Virus record (IMG/VR): IMGVR_UViG_3300049032_000056
Location: 1-57,494 of that record
Direction: 5' to 3' (one strand)
DNA from: a virus
Taxonomy: Duplodnaviria > Caudoviricetes
DNA: 57,494 bases
Part shown: positions 29,793-39,015 of the stretch, piece after piece
Numbering within the stretch: the first letter of the stretch is position 1
Layout: the number at the start of each line of letters is the position of its first letter
The notes under the pieces: model-generated
The model's database searches: none
What the model was told of the DNA's origin: nothing
The model's input: only the letters and a program-made list of their open reading frames with translations
Program-made: the position numbers and the translations under genes

Positions 29793-30985
29793 TCTTTCCG
29801 TCGTTTTGCCATTAATTCCAAATATCTTTTATAGGCGTTAGTCTTAGTAATACCAAAGCCCAATCCACGGCAATACCAATCGTTTCGAAGAAGTATTTTA
29901 ACAATCAGCCTCCATGAAGGCGCTTTGCCTATCTGCTCCATTCGGTAATTAGCCGCGTCTGGTATACCTGTTTCATATCCACGGTCGTAATACCACTTCA
30001 AATACACTGCTATTTTGTTCTCATAGTGCAGGCTGGTCTTTTCGGGCATTGTCCCCAATAAGAACTTTGCAAACGATTCCCATGTGTGACCAGGCGGTAG
30101 CGACACTTTCTCATTGCCTAAGATGTTGCCTTTTTCTTGTGAGTATAAAGAAGCTGAGTTAATTCCGGCCAGTCTGGCAACGAATTTTGACCATGTGACT
30201 GGCTCTATGATCTGGTATAACCAGAGGTTTTTACGCGCCTCATCGCCAAAAGGCTCATCAATACGCATTTGTGATGGCGATAAGCCTGCTTGGTGCATAA
30301 GGTCGTACACGCGGTTGTATTGAAGCTTTTCTTTTGCAAAGAACGTCCAAATGTCATCAACCAACCAGTCAAATATCGGGTACACGTTACACACAGATTC
30401 AGAGACAATAGTCGTGTATTTCCTGCCTTTGAATCGAGATACTTTGTTGCTTGTTACTGCCCGGTGCCTGTTGAGGCTTTCTTGTGCGCGGATACCTACA
30501 AAGCATGCGCATTCCTGTCCGTCTGCATACCAATCCCCGAACGCTGGTGTAAACTCTTCAAACGTTATTCCGGGATAGTAGAATGGAAACAGGCTCCCGT
30601 CGGCAATGGCGACAGCAGGTTTTTTGCGCGTCCAGAGCTCTTTTTTATTTTCATCCCATGATCGCCACATCGGTTCGTAATAGCTGCACGCGGATGAGGT
30701 TTCTATTTCCAGGCAGATCCAATACAGGTCAATGTGCTCTGCGTTTTCGGTCACCAAATGAAGCAGGTGGTCGGCAGTATATTGATACTGGCATTCCCAA
30801 TCCAATATAAACACGCCTATCTTTCTATTTCTGCGCCTTGCTTCCGCAATTACCAAGTAAAATAAGGCCGTGCTGTCCTTTCCTCCTGACAGGGATACAT
30901 AAGCCTTGTCGAAGCTATCGAACGTGTCTGATATGCGACGTTTCGCCGCCTCCAACACGTCGATGCCGATCATAGTTTTAAGCAT
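29777..30985 (-). CDS. ibrA: PAPS-reductase-fold / DUF3440 protein, IbrA/YbdN-like
   Basis: SLSGGKDS PP-loop, GIRAQESLNR, YPIFDW...DIW, YN..YDLM.QAG, PSWR and LRNDWYC..LGF. Confidence 0.9.
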   Translation of the reverse strand: MLKTMIGIDVLEAAKRRISDTFDSFDKAYVSLSGGKDSTALFYLVIAEARRRNRKIGVFILDWECQYQYTADHLLHLVTENAEHIDLYWICLEIETSSACSYYEPMWRSWDENKKELWTRKKPAVAIADGSLFPFYYPGITFEEFTPAFGDWYADGQECACFVGIRAQESLNRHRAVTSNKVSRFKGRKYTTIVSESVCNVYPIFDWLVDDIWTFFAKEKLQYNRVYDLMHQAGLSPSQMRIDEPFGDEARKNLWLYQIIEPVTWSKFVARLAGINSASLYSQEKGNILGNEKVSLPPGHTWESFAKFLLGTMPEKTSLHYENKIAVYLKWYYDRGYETGIPDAANYRMEQIGKAPSWRLIVKILLRNDWYCRGLGFGITKTNAYKRYLELMAKRRKEWNII

Positions 30986-31353
30986 AATTGAATTGGAGTT
31001 GATTCGTACTTCTTAATAATTTCTTCGGCTATCCGGTCAGCTTCATTCCGGCATTCGATAGGCACTTCGCGCCAAGTCTCCATTGTGATAGGAGAAGGGC
31101 ACTTGCACCAAAGACAAACGGCTGCCTGACCAAGCCACGCAACACGATTCATTGATTCATTGCTCAGGTTGTGTTGCGATGAATACGGCCACTGTTTGAT
31201 AACAGCTTCCATGTATTTGCTGACCATCTTTTTGTCGCAAAAAAACTCTTTGCATTTCTGCTTCAATTCCTGCTTGTTTAGTCCCGACTCATTCCAGTAA
31301 AAACCGGCTCGCCAATCTTCGTGAAGTTCGTATCTGTGGTAAATTCGCTGCAT
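30970..31353 (-). CDS. Hypothetical protein heading the ibrA cassette
   Basis: Probable start MQRIYH downstream of a promoter; WP.S..HNL.N..MNR.AWLGQAA motif. Confidence 0.7.
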   Translation of the reverse strand: MQRIYHRYELHEDWRAGFYWNESGLNKQELKQKCKEFFCDKKMVSKYMEAVIKQWPYSSQHNLSNESMNRVAWLGQAAVCLWCKCPSPITMETWREVPIECRNEADRIAEEIIKKYESTPIQLCLKL

Positions 31354-31372
31354 GACTATTTTATAACACTGA

Positions 31373-31404
31373 CAAATGTAAGCATTATTATTTACAATTG
31401 TAAA
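31373..31404 (-). promoter_or_regulatory. Bacteroidota-type promoter (-7 TACATTTG) with a 14-bp palindrome TTTACAATTGTAAA
   Basis: Matches the TAnnTTTG consensus in an intergenic position. Confidence 0.65.
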
Positions 31405-31420
31405 CAAAGGAAGGGCAATA

Positions 31421-32011
31421 TTATTGCAGTAATTTTTGACCGGTTATTTTTTGGTAGATCTCCTCGTGCAGGTTGAGGTCAAAATAAGCGTTGTGCAGCT
31501 CTTTTTCTTCCGCATCAAATCCCATGTGTGATGCTACGGTTCCAAGTTGAAAATTGGGCATCAGGTGCCGATCCGCTATCAGGTATTGTTGAGCCAGAAC
31601 CATTACATCCAGCCCGGCAGACCAGAACCATGAATAAAAGTAGTTATCGCCATTTTTGGCAAAAAATTCTCTCAGGAACGGATTATCAAAGCTTTGGTTA
31701 TTATAGCCCATCAAGAATATCTTATCATCTTTTTTGTATTTGTCGCAGAACTTAGAAAGCGTATTGACAAGGCTTTTATAGAGCGCCTTTGGGTTGCAGT
31801 GCGAATCGCTCATAATATCATCCACCGTCTTGCCTGATACTTCCAGCGATTTAATATCGTACTGATCGCCAGGCATGAGCTTAACGTTCTGATAGAACTC
31901 GAATTCTAGTTTATAGTCAACGTATATTTTACCGGCTATTTGGTGGATGCCGTTCTTTTTTGCGTCCAAACCGGACGTTTCAGTATCGAAACTCAATATT
32001 TTAATACTCAT
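31421..32011 (-). CDS. DEDDh 3'-5' exonuclease (DnaQ/epsilon-like)
   Basis: FDTETSGL, GYN..FD..FL and HNA.FD motifs. Confidence 0.9.
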   Translation of the reverse strand: MSIKILSFDTETSGLDAKKNGIHQIAGKIYVDYKLEFEFYQNVKLMPGDQYDIKSLEVSGKTVDDIMSDSHCNPKALYKSLVNTLSKFCDKYKKDDKIFLMGYNNQSFDNPFLREFFAKNGDNYFYSWFWSAGLDVMVLAQQYLIADRHLMPNFQLGTVASHMGFDAEEKELHNAYFDLNLHEEIYQKITGQKLLQ

Positions 32012-32894
32012 TTTTTGTGATGTTGTTTTCAGTGAAGTAGTATTCTAGATTGGTCTTAGCCAGTTCCAGGTATTCTATAACGTTCTCTTCGCCGACTGCA
32101 CACACCTTTTTAATCAGATTGTAAATATGCTTCCTTGTGGCAACAGCAAATGCGGATTCACTAGATTCGCCAGATAGAACCTTTTCAAGTATTCCACTCG
32201 CATGGTTAACCTTTGTCTTGTCTCGCTGATCTTTGGCATTATCTAAAATCCATTTAGCTGCTTTTTGTACTTCAACGCCTACCGGATCAACTTCCTCAAT
32301 CATTTCGAGCTTTAAGAGAAAATCGTAAAGTATGCCTCCGTAATCCTGATGAGGAATACCAGACTCAAAAGATGAAACCATAGCATTGACAAGGAGCTTG
32401 TACCTTGATACCATTGAATCATATCTTGATGGCGGCAAAGCCTCTTTTTCTTCCTGCTTGTAAACTTGTGAGGTTTTTTTCATAGCAGGCTTCTTTGTGG
32501 ATTCGATGTAATTACGAACCCATTGAAACCAGTTAGACGGGTTGAAAATTACTGGTTCGTCTTCTCGGGTCTTGTATAGTCCCTCTAATCCGTTATCGGT
32601 TGCAATATAAATTTCTCTCACAGTCAGGTTGGGAAATTTAAAAAAACCATCGATAAGTGTTTTTGATAGTATCTCATACTCAGGGCCTTCTTTTTTCTTC
32701 TGTCCTAACATAACAGAAGCTTTCAGCAAAATACTGTCAGCGGCCTTCGATGCCTGCATATTATTTAAATCCTTCAACTTTGGGTTATTATCGCTTGCTA
32801 CGCTTGCAAGAACGATCTTTCGCTCTATCGGATTTAATTTACCCAAAACCTCCTGAGTGAATGGGGAATCTGGCACTTTCTGTAAATCAGTCAT
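32001..32894 (-). CDS. Replication accessory protein (helicase-loader position)
   Basis: Directly downstream of the initiator, as in lambdoid O-P pairs; no motif confirms the function. Confidence 0.45.
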   Translation of the reverse strand: MTDLQKVPDSPFTQEVLGKLNPIERKIVLASVASDNNPKLKDLNNMQASKAADSILLKASVMLGQKKKEGPEYEILSKTLIDGFFKFPNLTVREIYIATDNGLEGLYKTREDEPVIFNPSNWFQWVRNYIESTKKPAMKKTSQVYKQEEKEALPPSRYDSMVSRYKLLVNAMVSSFESGIPHQDYGGILYDFLLKLEMIEEVDPVGVEVQKAAKWILDNAKDQRDKTKVNHASGILEKVLSGESSESAFAVATRKHIYNLIKKVCAVGEENVIEYLELAKTNLEYYFTENNITKNEY

Positions 32895-33721
32895 ATAGAA
32901 AAATTTTCTTCGTCTTCTAAATATTGATCGTATGTCCTTACCAATCCTTTGTCGAGTAGATTTTGGCTTGCTTGCCTTATCGCAATGGCCGACTCAACTA
33001 TTTTTCCTTGCCCCGGAGGTGAGTTGGTACTCTTTTTTACTTCAAATATTCCCTGCCAACCGTTTGTAATACTCTGGACTAACATTGCTACTGCTGTTTC
33101 CTCTGGAAAGCACGCAACAAGTTCTAGCTGTTTTTTCGCGGAAATCTCTGTGAGAGACTTTTTGGATTTTGACCTATATTCAACCCATTCTGTCCAAGTT
33201 TCTCTAAACTGACCATTAAATGGTAAATCCATTTTATTTGCATCAAACTTGGTACTTTTCCTAGCGGAAGAGCCCCCAACGCGATCAGCGTCATTGTTTG
33301 TATTATTATTAATGTTATGTTCTGTTATGTTATTCTTTATGTTAGAAGCGTTACAATCCGATGTGTAATGCGTTACAGTTTTTGCATCTTTCTGTTTTTC
33401 ACGCAGTTGCAAAACTCTTTCCAAAGTTTTTTTTCGTTTTTCATTCAAACTTTCAGTATAATTTGCTAGTTTTTTACTGAAAGTTTCGCCATTATTTGAT
33501 GAAATAATCTCTATTTTTTCCATAAAACACCAGCATTTGTCAAGTCTCTTCCCAACCCGAAGTTGTTTTTTTAGCACTACTGTCTTTACTGGCTTTTCCT
33601 GCGCAGCTAGCTTTTCCAGTGTTGTGTAAAAAAGGCCTAACCCCTCATATCCAAACTCCATGTACAAAAGTTGAATCTTTTCGTCGTCAAATGCTCCGCA
33701 GTAATGTGGGTAATACTTCAT
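32891..33721 (-). CDS. Replication initiator (DUF4373/Lin1244-like N-terminus)
   Basis: D.KI..L...FG.EGLGLFY..LE; Asn-rich linker; W.EW..YR and QSI.NGWQGIF C-domain. Confidence 0.8.
   Translation of the reverse strand: MKYYPHYCGAFDDEKIQLLYMEFGYEGLGLFYTTLEKLAAQEKPVKTVVLKKQLRVGKRLDKCWCFMEKIEIISSNNGETFSKKLANYTESLNEKRKKTLERVLQLREKQKDAKTVTHYTSDCNASNIKNNITEHNINNNTNNDADRVGGSSARKSTKFDANKMDLPFNGQFRETWTEWVEYRSKSKKSLTEISAKKQLELVACFPEETAVAMLVQSITNGWQGIFEVKKSTNSPPGQGKIVESAIAIRQASQNLLDKGLVRTYDQYLEDEENFSI
33297..33345. other. Candidate replication origin (AT-rich TTATG/TTATT pentamer repeats inside the initiator gene)
   Basis: tattattattaatgttatgttctgttatgttattctttatgttag; lambdoid origins lie inside the initiator gene. 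Confidence 0.4.
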
Positions 33722-33739
33722 AACTGTATAGGGCAAAAA

Positions 33740-33895
33740 TTAGGGAAGAAGAATTAAAGTAGCTCCTTTTATCTTAATGGTATCTACACGACCACTTTTC
33801 ATCATCTTAAAAACTGCCGGTTGGCTCTTCTTTATCAGCTTCGCATACTCCGTCTGAGTTATGAGCTTTTCCCGGTTAACCTGTAATGATTCCAT
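33740..33895 (-). CDS. Small HTH protein, 51 aa, not in the ORF track
   Basis: LITQTEYAKLIKKSQPAVFKMMKSG; preceded by TACATTTG at 33899-33906. Confidence 0.75.
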   Translation of the reverse strand: MESLQVNREKLITQTEYAKLIKKSQPAVFKMMKSGRVDTIKIKGATLILLP

Positions 33896-33983
33896 ACTCA
33901 AATGTAGTTATATTTAATATCCAATCCAAATGGTAATTAAAAAAATAATTCCCCGCGCTAACTACTGTAACGCAGGGATTAAA

Positions 33984-35129
33984 TTATGCCTCGGTGAGCA
34001 CAATCGTAGGCCAGACAAGATATTGTAACAATTCCCCTTCGGAAGTGTCGGGAATAATCATAGCCGGGTCGCAGTGGCGGTTCATATTTATCTCAAAGTC
34101 GCCAGAAATAGTCTTCAAGCCCTCTTCAAGGAACCTCATGTTAAAGAATATGTCTAGCTCTTCAATCTCGCTCTGAATGCTCATATCCTGGTCTGATTTA
34201 GTATTCAGAACCGGGTTAGACGTCCTGACAAAGAGCAGATTGTTTTTAAATGTCAGGCTTACGCGGTTTTCTTTTGGGTCAGCAAATGGTTTTCCGCGCT
34301 TCAATAGCGTCCTGAATTCTTCCGCGTTAACCGTTGCTGTGCTCTGAAATGAAACTGGCAAAGCCTGCTTGTAATCCGGGTACTTTTCCTCTATCAACAT
34401 CCCATAGGCCGACCAGTCGCCCATATCAACGCAAACCATTCTGTCAGATATTTGGAGGTCAATAACTTGGTCTATGTCTCCGATGTACTCCGAAATTAGC
34501 TGCATGAACTTTGACGGGAGTACGATTTTCATTTGCTCATCAGAACCCGAATACGCAGTTTTATATATTCCCATCTTAAAGCCGTCTGTACACGCAAATT
34601 CCATACTATCCTCATTGATCGTTATCGCAATACCGCAAAGCGCCGGGCGCATCTGGTCTGACGAAACGCAGTGAACAACCTGGTCAATCCCGCGCTGCAA
34701 TGTTTGTGATGGAATTCTGATTGGTTCACTTGCTGACATTTTGGGAGACTTCAAATATACTGAACCGTCTTCACAAGGAATGTCGAATTGGCTGGTTTCG
34801 TGCTGCAATTCCATCTTGAATCCATATAAACCATCTACTATATACGTAATCGATACGGGGGCATTTGGAAGGCTGCCTAATACTTTTGGTAACAGGTCAA
34901 ACGGAACGGCTATTTTAACCATCTCTGCCCCGTCAAGATCAACCTCTGACATTTTTGTTTTGGTGATCAGCGTCGTATTCAGGTCGGAGCCCGTAAATTT
35001 TAACGTTCCATCCGAAAAAGCCTCCAAAAGGACGCATTGTAAAATAGGGATAGTTGCGTTGGGATTTACCGCCCGGCCAGCAAAGTTCAAGCCTTTTAAG
35101 AACTCTTTGGAGTTGATTGAGAAATTCAT
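33984..35129 (-). CDS. dnaN: DNA polymerase III beta sliding clamp
   Basis: IPILQCVLLE, TGSDL, RPALCGI, CTDGFKM, YPDY and FN.RFL.E motifs; 381 aa. Confidence 0.93.
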   Translation of the reverse strand: MNFSINSKEFLKGLNFAGRAVNPNATIPILQCVLLEAFSDGTLKFTGSDLNTTLITKTKMSEVDLDGAEMVKIAVPFDLLPKVLGSLPNAPVSITYIVDGLYGFKMELQHETSQFDIPCEDGSVYLKSPKMSASEPIRIPSQTLQRGIDQVVHCVSSDQMRPALCGIAITINEDSMEFACTDGFKMGIYKTAYSGSDEQMKIVLPSKFMQLISEYIGDIDQVIDLQISDRMVCVDMGDWSAYGMLIEEKYPDYKQALPVSFQSTATVNAEEFRTLLKRGKPFADPKENRVSLTFKNNLLFVRTSNPVLNTKSDQDMSIQSEIEELDIFFNMRFLEEGLKTISGDFEINMNRHCDPAMIIPDTSEGELLQYLVWPTIVLTEA

Positions 35130-35455
35130 CGTTTGATTTGTTTTATAATGTCTTCGAGCTGATATGGTGAGAAATTTTTAGACATTTCCGATAACGTATC
35201 GAAAAAGTGTACAATGTCCATTCTACTTGACATGATAACAACCTCTTCGCCAAACACTTTATAGGTTGCGTGAGCAATTTCAGTCTCAATTTTATCTTTT
35301 TCGAAAACAGCCTCATCTCTTTCTACTTCAAGATCATCAACTTCGATTTCTAAATCTTCTATTTTGTCTTCTTGTTCTGAAATTTTAATCTCCTGCGATT
35401 TGATGTGATTATCAATCGACTTTAACATTTTTTCTATTTGACTAGGATTCTCCAT
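35126..35455 (-). CDS. Acidic coiled-coil hypothetical protein
   Basis: Coupled ORF with a heptad pattern. Confidence 0.6.
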   Translation of the reverse strand: MENPSQIEKMLKSIDNHIKSQEIKISEQEDKIEDLEIEVDDLEVERDEAVFEKDKIETEIAHATYKVFGEEVVIMSSRMDIVHFFDTLSEMSKNFSPYQLEDIIKQIKR

Positions 35456-35630
35456 TATCTCGTTGTTTTAAATAGTTGTAGATTGTTTGCCTGGAAAGTC
35501 CGGTTGCTCGCCGGGCTTTATGTATTGCCTCGCCGCGCTTCAATCCTTCTGTCTGGTACTTGTCGAATACCGACAGTGCCTTGATTTTGTCTCGTGACCG
35601 GCGTTCCTGGCTAGGTGTTATCTGTTTCAT
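35442..35630 (-). CDS. Small HTH protein
   Basis: ARRATGLSRQTIYNYL. Confidence 0.75.
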   Translation of the reverse strand: MKQITPSQERRSRDKIKALSVFDKYQTEGLKRGEAIHKARRATGLSRQTIYNYLKQRDNGES

Positions 35631-36342
35631 TCTCCATTATGGTTGGTTTAGTGTACCACGGCAATGCAAGCGAGTCGTAAAACTTCCTGCACGCCTCTAT
35701 TCTTACCTTTAACGCTTCGATCTTCTCAGGTTCAAACTGGAATTCAAACACTTTGATCCGGCTTCCGGTCGGGAGCTCCTCGATTAGGTCATTATTCCGG
35801 TCTATCTGCTCACAAGCTTTGATGTAATGCTTGTTAGACTCATCCCCGCCAAACTTATAAAACCAGCGCCTTTTTTCGCCGTCTAAGATGTGATCGGGAG
35901 TCTTAACGAGGCAATACACCAGTCGGTAGTTTTTCTTGCCTGTGAGCCACATGTACCCCTGCCCTTGCCACCAGTAGTTCCTTGCCAGATCCGACTCTGT
36001 AAAGGTTCGAAGGTTGAAGGAGGTTTTAACGTCCTCCACGTAGTCTTCATGCTTCAAAATAACGTCCGGCGTTCCGCAAACAAAGTCGTTTTTAAAGAAC
36101 TCGCTGTTTTTCATCCTGAATTCTCCGCCTACTACTTTCTGAACGAGTCCCAATGAATCGTCCTCACAAATCATGCCTTTTAATAACTCATCCGTCATAA
36201 AATCTTCGCGGTAGCCGTATTCTCTTTCGAGCCACATTTGCCGCAAGAATGTTTCGGTCGTTTTTGAAAGATCCTTGCTCTTTTCCCGCGCGTCGGTCAT
36301 AATGTCTCCTAGCCGACTACATCTGAATAGTACGTTGCTCAT
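35611..36342 (-). CDS. Lambda exonuclease/YqaJ-like PD-(D/E)xK nuclease
   Basis: R.S, KG...E, GTPD, DVKTS and Q.QGYMWLTG motifs. Confidence 0.85.
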   Translation of the reverse strand: MSNVLFRCSRLGDIMTDAREKSKDLSKTTETFLRQMWLEREYGYREDFMTDELLKGMICEDDSLGLVQKVVGGEFRMKNSEFFKNDFVCGTPDVILKHEDYVEDVKTSFNLRTFTESDLARNYWWQGQGYMWLTGKKNYRLVYCLVKTPDHILDGEKRRWFYKFGGDESNKHYIKACEQIDRNNDLIEELPTGSRIKVFEFQFEPEKIEALKVRIEACRKFYDSLALPWYTKPTIMENETDNT

Positions 36343-36752
36343 AGTAGATCTGGGTTATCGTGGATATTACCTATGACAATCGGTTTGTATGCATACATAA
36401 GTAGCTGGTGTGGTTGTAGCATATTTCCGCCAGGATAATAATAGAATGATCCTGAGTAAAATCCTACAACTGCATTTTCAAAAGTCTGTACAATACCACG
36501 ACCAGTGTCAGAGCTGTCGTATTCGTGACATTTCAATATATCACCCTCGTAAATCTCAACTCCGTTCTTGTCTTTTAAGCCGGTGAATTGCATAATATGT
36601 ACGTCATTCCATTGTGCAAGGGAGATGGTATTAAGTTCTCCCATAAGAGTTACTTCACCAATCAGGCTAAACCCGCCAAGATTAGGAATCTTGTACCCAA
36701 ATAGCCATTCCTTTTTTACGGTATCGTAGGCTCTAAATTTTAATGGCCTCAT
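36339..36752 (-). CDS. YopX family protein
   Basis: KFRAYD, MQFTGLKDKNGVEIYEGDI, VIGNIHDNPDLL. Confidence 0.9.
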   Translation of the reverse strand: MRPLKFRAYDTVKKEWLFGYKIPNLGGFSLIGEVTLMGELNTISLAQWNDVHIMQFTGLKDKNGVEIYEGDILKCHEYDSSDTGRGIVQTFENAVVGFYSGSFYYYPGGNMLQPHQLLMYAYKPIVIGNIHDNPDLL

Positions 36753-37666
36753 TTTTTCAGTTCGTCAAGTTTCTCAGTGTAATTGTCCGTCAACCCTAAT
36801 GCGTCCACGTGGTCGGCAACCTGTTTCAGTTCGTCAAGAGTCTTGGCGTTGTTGATATGATCCAGCACGCGTTTGGTTTGCTTTTCGGTTTCTGTTGCTG
36901 CAATGTCAACTCCGCGATCAGGAAAGAATATTTGATCAACCGTAGAATCTCCGTCTTTAATGGACTGTCCGTATCCAATTAGAATCTTGATTTCCTCGCC
37001 TTTTATCTGGGTTATTTGGCGCAATCCCAAAGCCTTTAAAATATCAGCCTCGCTTATCCCGTAAGCCTCAATCATTGCATCTACAACCTGCTTGCGACGC
37101 TTAATAAGCTTATTCTCGTCCGAAATATCGCCCACGATGAACTGTTGCGCCGCCTCGTAACCTCCTTGCCATAATGGTTTAGGCACTACCGCAAAGATCG
37201 AATTACGTCTTGCTATCGCGCATCCGGCATTAGCTGTAAGAATGATCATATCCTCACTGTAACGCTTTCCGTTTTTTCCTGTTATCTTTCTGATCACCTC
37301 TTGCCGAACTGCATAGTTTGTTTCAAGATCCCACGCTGTGGCCTGACACGTTACAGTTTTTTCGCCCACCTCAACAACTTTCGTCTCAACGCGGATATTT
37401 CCGTATGCCTGCGCTACGATGTTAGCCAAGTGCACGGACGGGCCCGTAATACTTTTACCCTCCCTGGGTACCGCATATCCGCACGCCGTCGCCGTATCCT
37501 TGTCCATTACGACAATGGCATTGATAGTTGCTTTCGCTCTGCTTAAATTTCGCGGAAACTGCCTGGCTGTTGCAACCTGGCTGTTTACTGCCGCCGCGTC
37601 TTGCGCCTGAACAGTAGATATAGAAATTACTTCCGGCTGCTCTTCTGTGAATTGCTGGTCAAACAT
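36749..37666 (-). CDS. Putative ssDNA-annealing/recombination protein
   Basis: QVATA..FPR, Y..PR.GK.I.GPS motifs; near the exonuclease gene. Confidence 0.5.
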   Translation of the reverse strand: MFDQQFTEEQPEVISISTVQAQDAAAVNSQVATARQFPRNLSRAKATINAIVVMDKDTATACGYAVPREGKSITGPSVHLANIVAQAYGNIRVETKVVEVGEKTVTCQATAWDLETNYAVRQEVIRKITGKNGKRYSEDMIILTANAGCAIARRNSIFAVVPKPLWQGGYEAAQQFIVGDISDENKLIKRRKQVVDAMIEAYGISEADILKALGLRQITQIKGEEIKILIGYGQSIKDGDSTVDQIFFPDRGVDIAATETEKQTKRVLDHINNAKTLDELKQVADHVDALGLTDNYTEKLDELKK

Positions 37667-37687
37667 AAAAATGGGATTGTTTAAGTG

Positions 37688-37909
37688 TTAATCGCTTTCT
37701 TTCAGGTCAAAATATTCCATCACCCGGTCTTTACCTATGTGATCAAGTATTGACTGCTCTTCAAAATGATAGACTATATCATCCAAATCGAAATGATCCA
37801 AAATGTCTCGCTTCTCAACCTGCGTAATCAATACATCGACGGTTTTGTAATTTTGAGGTTCAACCAATACGGTTTTTGCTTTTACCTGAATATCAAGTTC
37901 TAGTTTCAT
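37688..37909 (-). CDS. Hypothetical protein
   Basis: Internal ILDH repeat; operon-consistent. Confidence 0.6.
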   Translation of the reverse strand: MKLELDIQVKAKTVLVEPQNYKTVDVLITQVEKRDILDHFDLDDIVYHFEEQSILDHIGKDRVMEYFDLKESD

Positions 37910-37920
37910 TCTGCCGATGT

Positions 37921-38244
37921 TTAAAGTGTAAGATTATCGAAGGGAGTACCCTGCGTCTCGGACGGATGTTCGTATTCCGCGTCTTCTCGTTCCTGAGCGG
38001 CTTTTACCTCTTCCGGTTTCAGGGCGCTGATCTCGGCAATGATTTGATCGACCTTTTCGGCGGTTAATGGAAGCCATAACGCATGGTAGTAAAAGTCAAA
38101 ATCCTTCTTATCTCCCCGCCGTCCTATATCTCCAAAAACATCCACCTTCCCCACATGACCGGCATAGCTTAAAAAAGTATCATCCCCTTTCTCCGTCCTC
38201 TCAACGCAAAAGTTGAGCAGGCGATTAAGTTGTTTTGTGTTCAT
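37921..38244 (-). CDS. Hypothetical protein
   Basis: Operon-consistent ORF. Confidence 0.6.
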   Translation of the reverse strand: MNTKQLNRLLNFCVERTEKGDDTFLSYAGHVGKVDVFGDIGRRGDKKDFDFYYHALWLPLTAEKVDQIIAEISALKPEEVKAAQEREDAEYEHPSETQGTPFDNLTL

Positions 38245-38256
38245 TTTTCCTCTTGT

Positions 38257-38652
38257 TTAATATCCGTTTCTTCTACATTCTTGAATACTCTCAATGGTCT
38301 TCTTTAAAGCTTCGATCTCAGACTCTTTATCTAATATTATATCGTTAATTATTTCAGACCTATTTTCTTCTAAAATCCTCCGCCTAACTTGCTTCCAGTT
38401 CAATCCTCTATATTCTGACCTATGAGGATAGCCACACATTGCATCCATAGTTTTCTGTCGAACATCAATCCATGAGTCATCGTTGGTTATTTCATCGGCA
38501 ATCGTACATGTAAATTCATAAATAACCTCGTTAAAAGTCTTGTTAAGGTGATCTCGAAACTTGTCAATAATCCTTTGCGTCGCCAATTGACCCTGTTCTG
38601 ATAATTCAGGATAAGAATGTCTGAACTCTGATAAATCTTCCATTTTTTTCAT
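38257..38652 (-). CDS. Hypothetical protein
   Basis: First gene after a promoter. Confidence 0.65.
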   Translation of the reverse strand: MKKMEDLSEFRHSYPELSEQGQLATQRIIDKFRDHLNKTFNEVIYEFTCTIADEITNDDSWIDVRQKTMDAMCGYPHRSEYRGLNWKQVRRRILEENRSEIINDIILDKESEIEALKKTIESIQECRRNGY

Positions 38653-38668
38653 CTTGCTTAGTGATTTT

Positions 38669-38712
38669 CAAATGTACAAATTTATATAATATCTTGTACA
38701 AAATTAGACAAA
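38669..38712 (-). promoter_or_regulatory. Bacteroidota-type promoter (tandem TAAATTTG/TACATTTG, upstream TTTG)
   Basis: TAnnTTTG matches in an AT-rich intergenic gap. Confidence 0.65.
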
Positions 38713-38730
38713 AATATTATCAATAATTAT

Positions 38731-39015
38731 TTAAAACTCCTTCCTGTCAAGCCTATCGCTCAACCTCTGCAACTTCTCGTCAATGGCAATCTGGATCTGT
38801 TCTTTTGGAAACATCATATTAGCCTGGGCGATCATTATGTTCACGTCCGCTATTTCCTCAATCAGGTTCGTGTAGTGCTTAACCTGCTTACCCCGGTTGA
38901 GGTATTTCTGAACAGCCAAAGACAGTTCCGTGCATTCCTCAGACAGCATGTTTGTCTGGGCTCTGTCTCCCCATGTGCTGATAGCTCTTTTGATTATTTT
39001 CTCATCTATGTTCAT
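38731..39015 (-). CDS. MazG-like nucleotide pyrophosphohydrolase
   Basis: EEC.EL and EEIADV motifs. Confidence 0.8.
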   Translation of the reverse strand: MNIDEKIIKRAISTWGDRAQTNMLSEECTELSLAVQKYLNRGKQVKHYTNLIEEIADVNIMIAQANMMFPKEQIQIAIDEKLQRLSDRLDRKEF

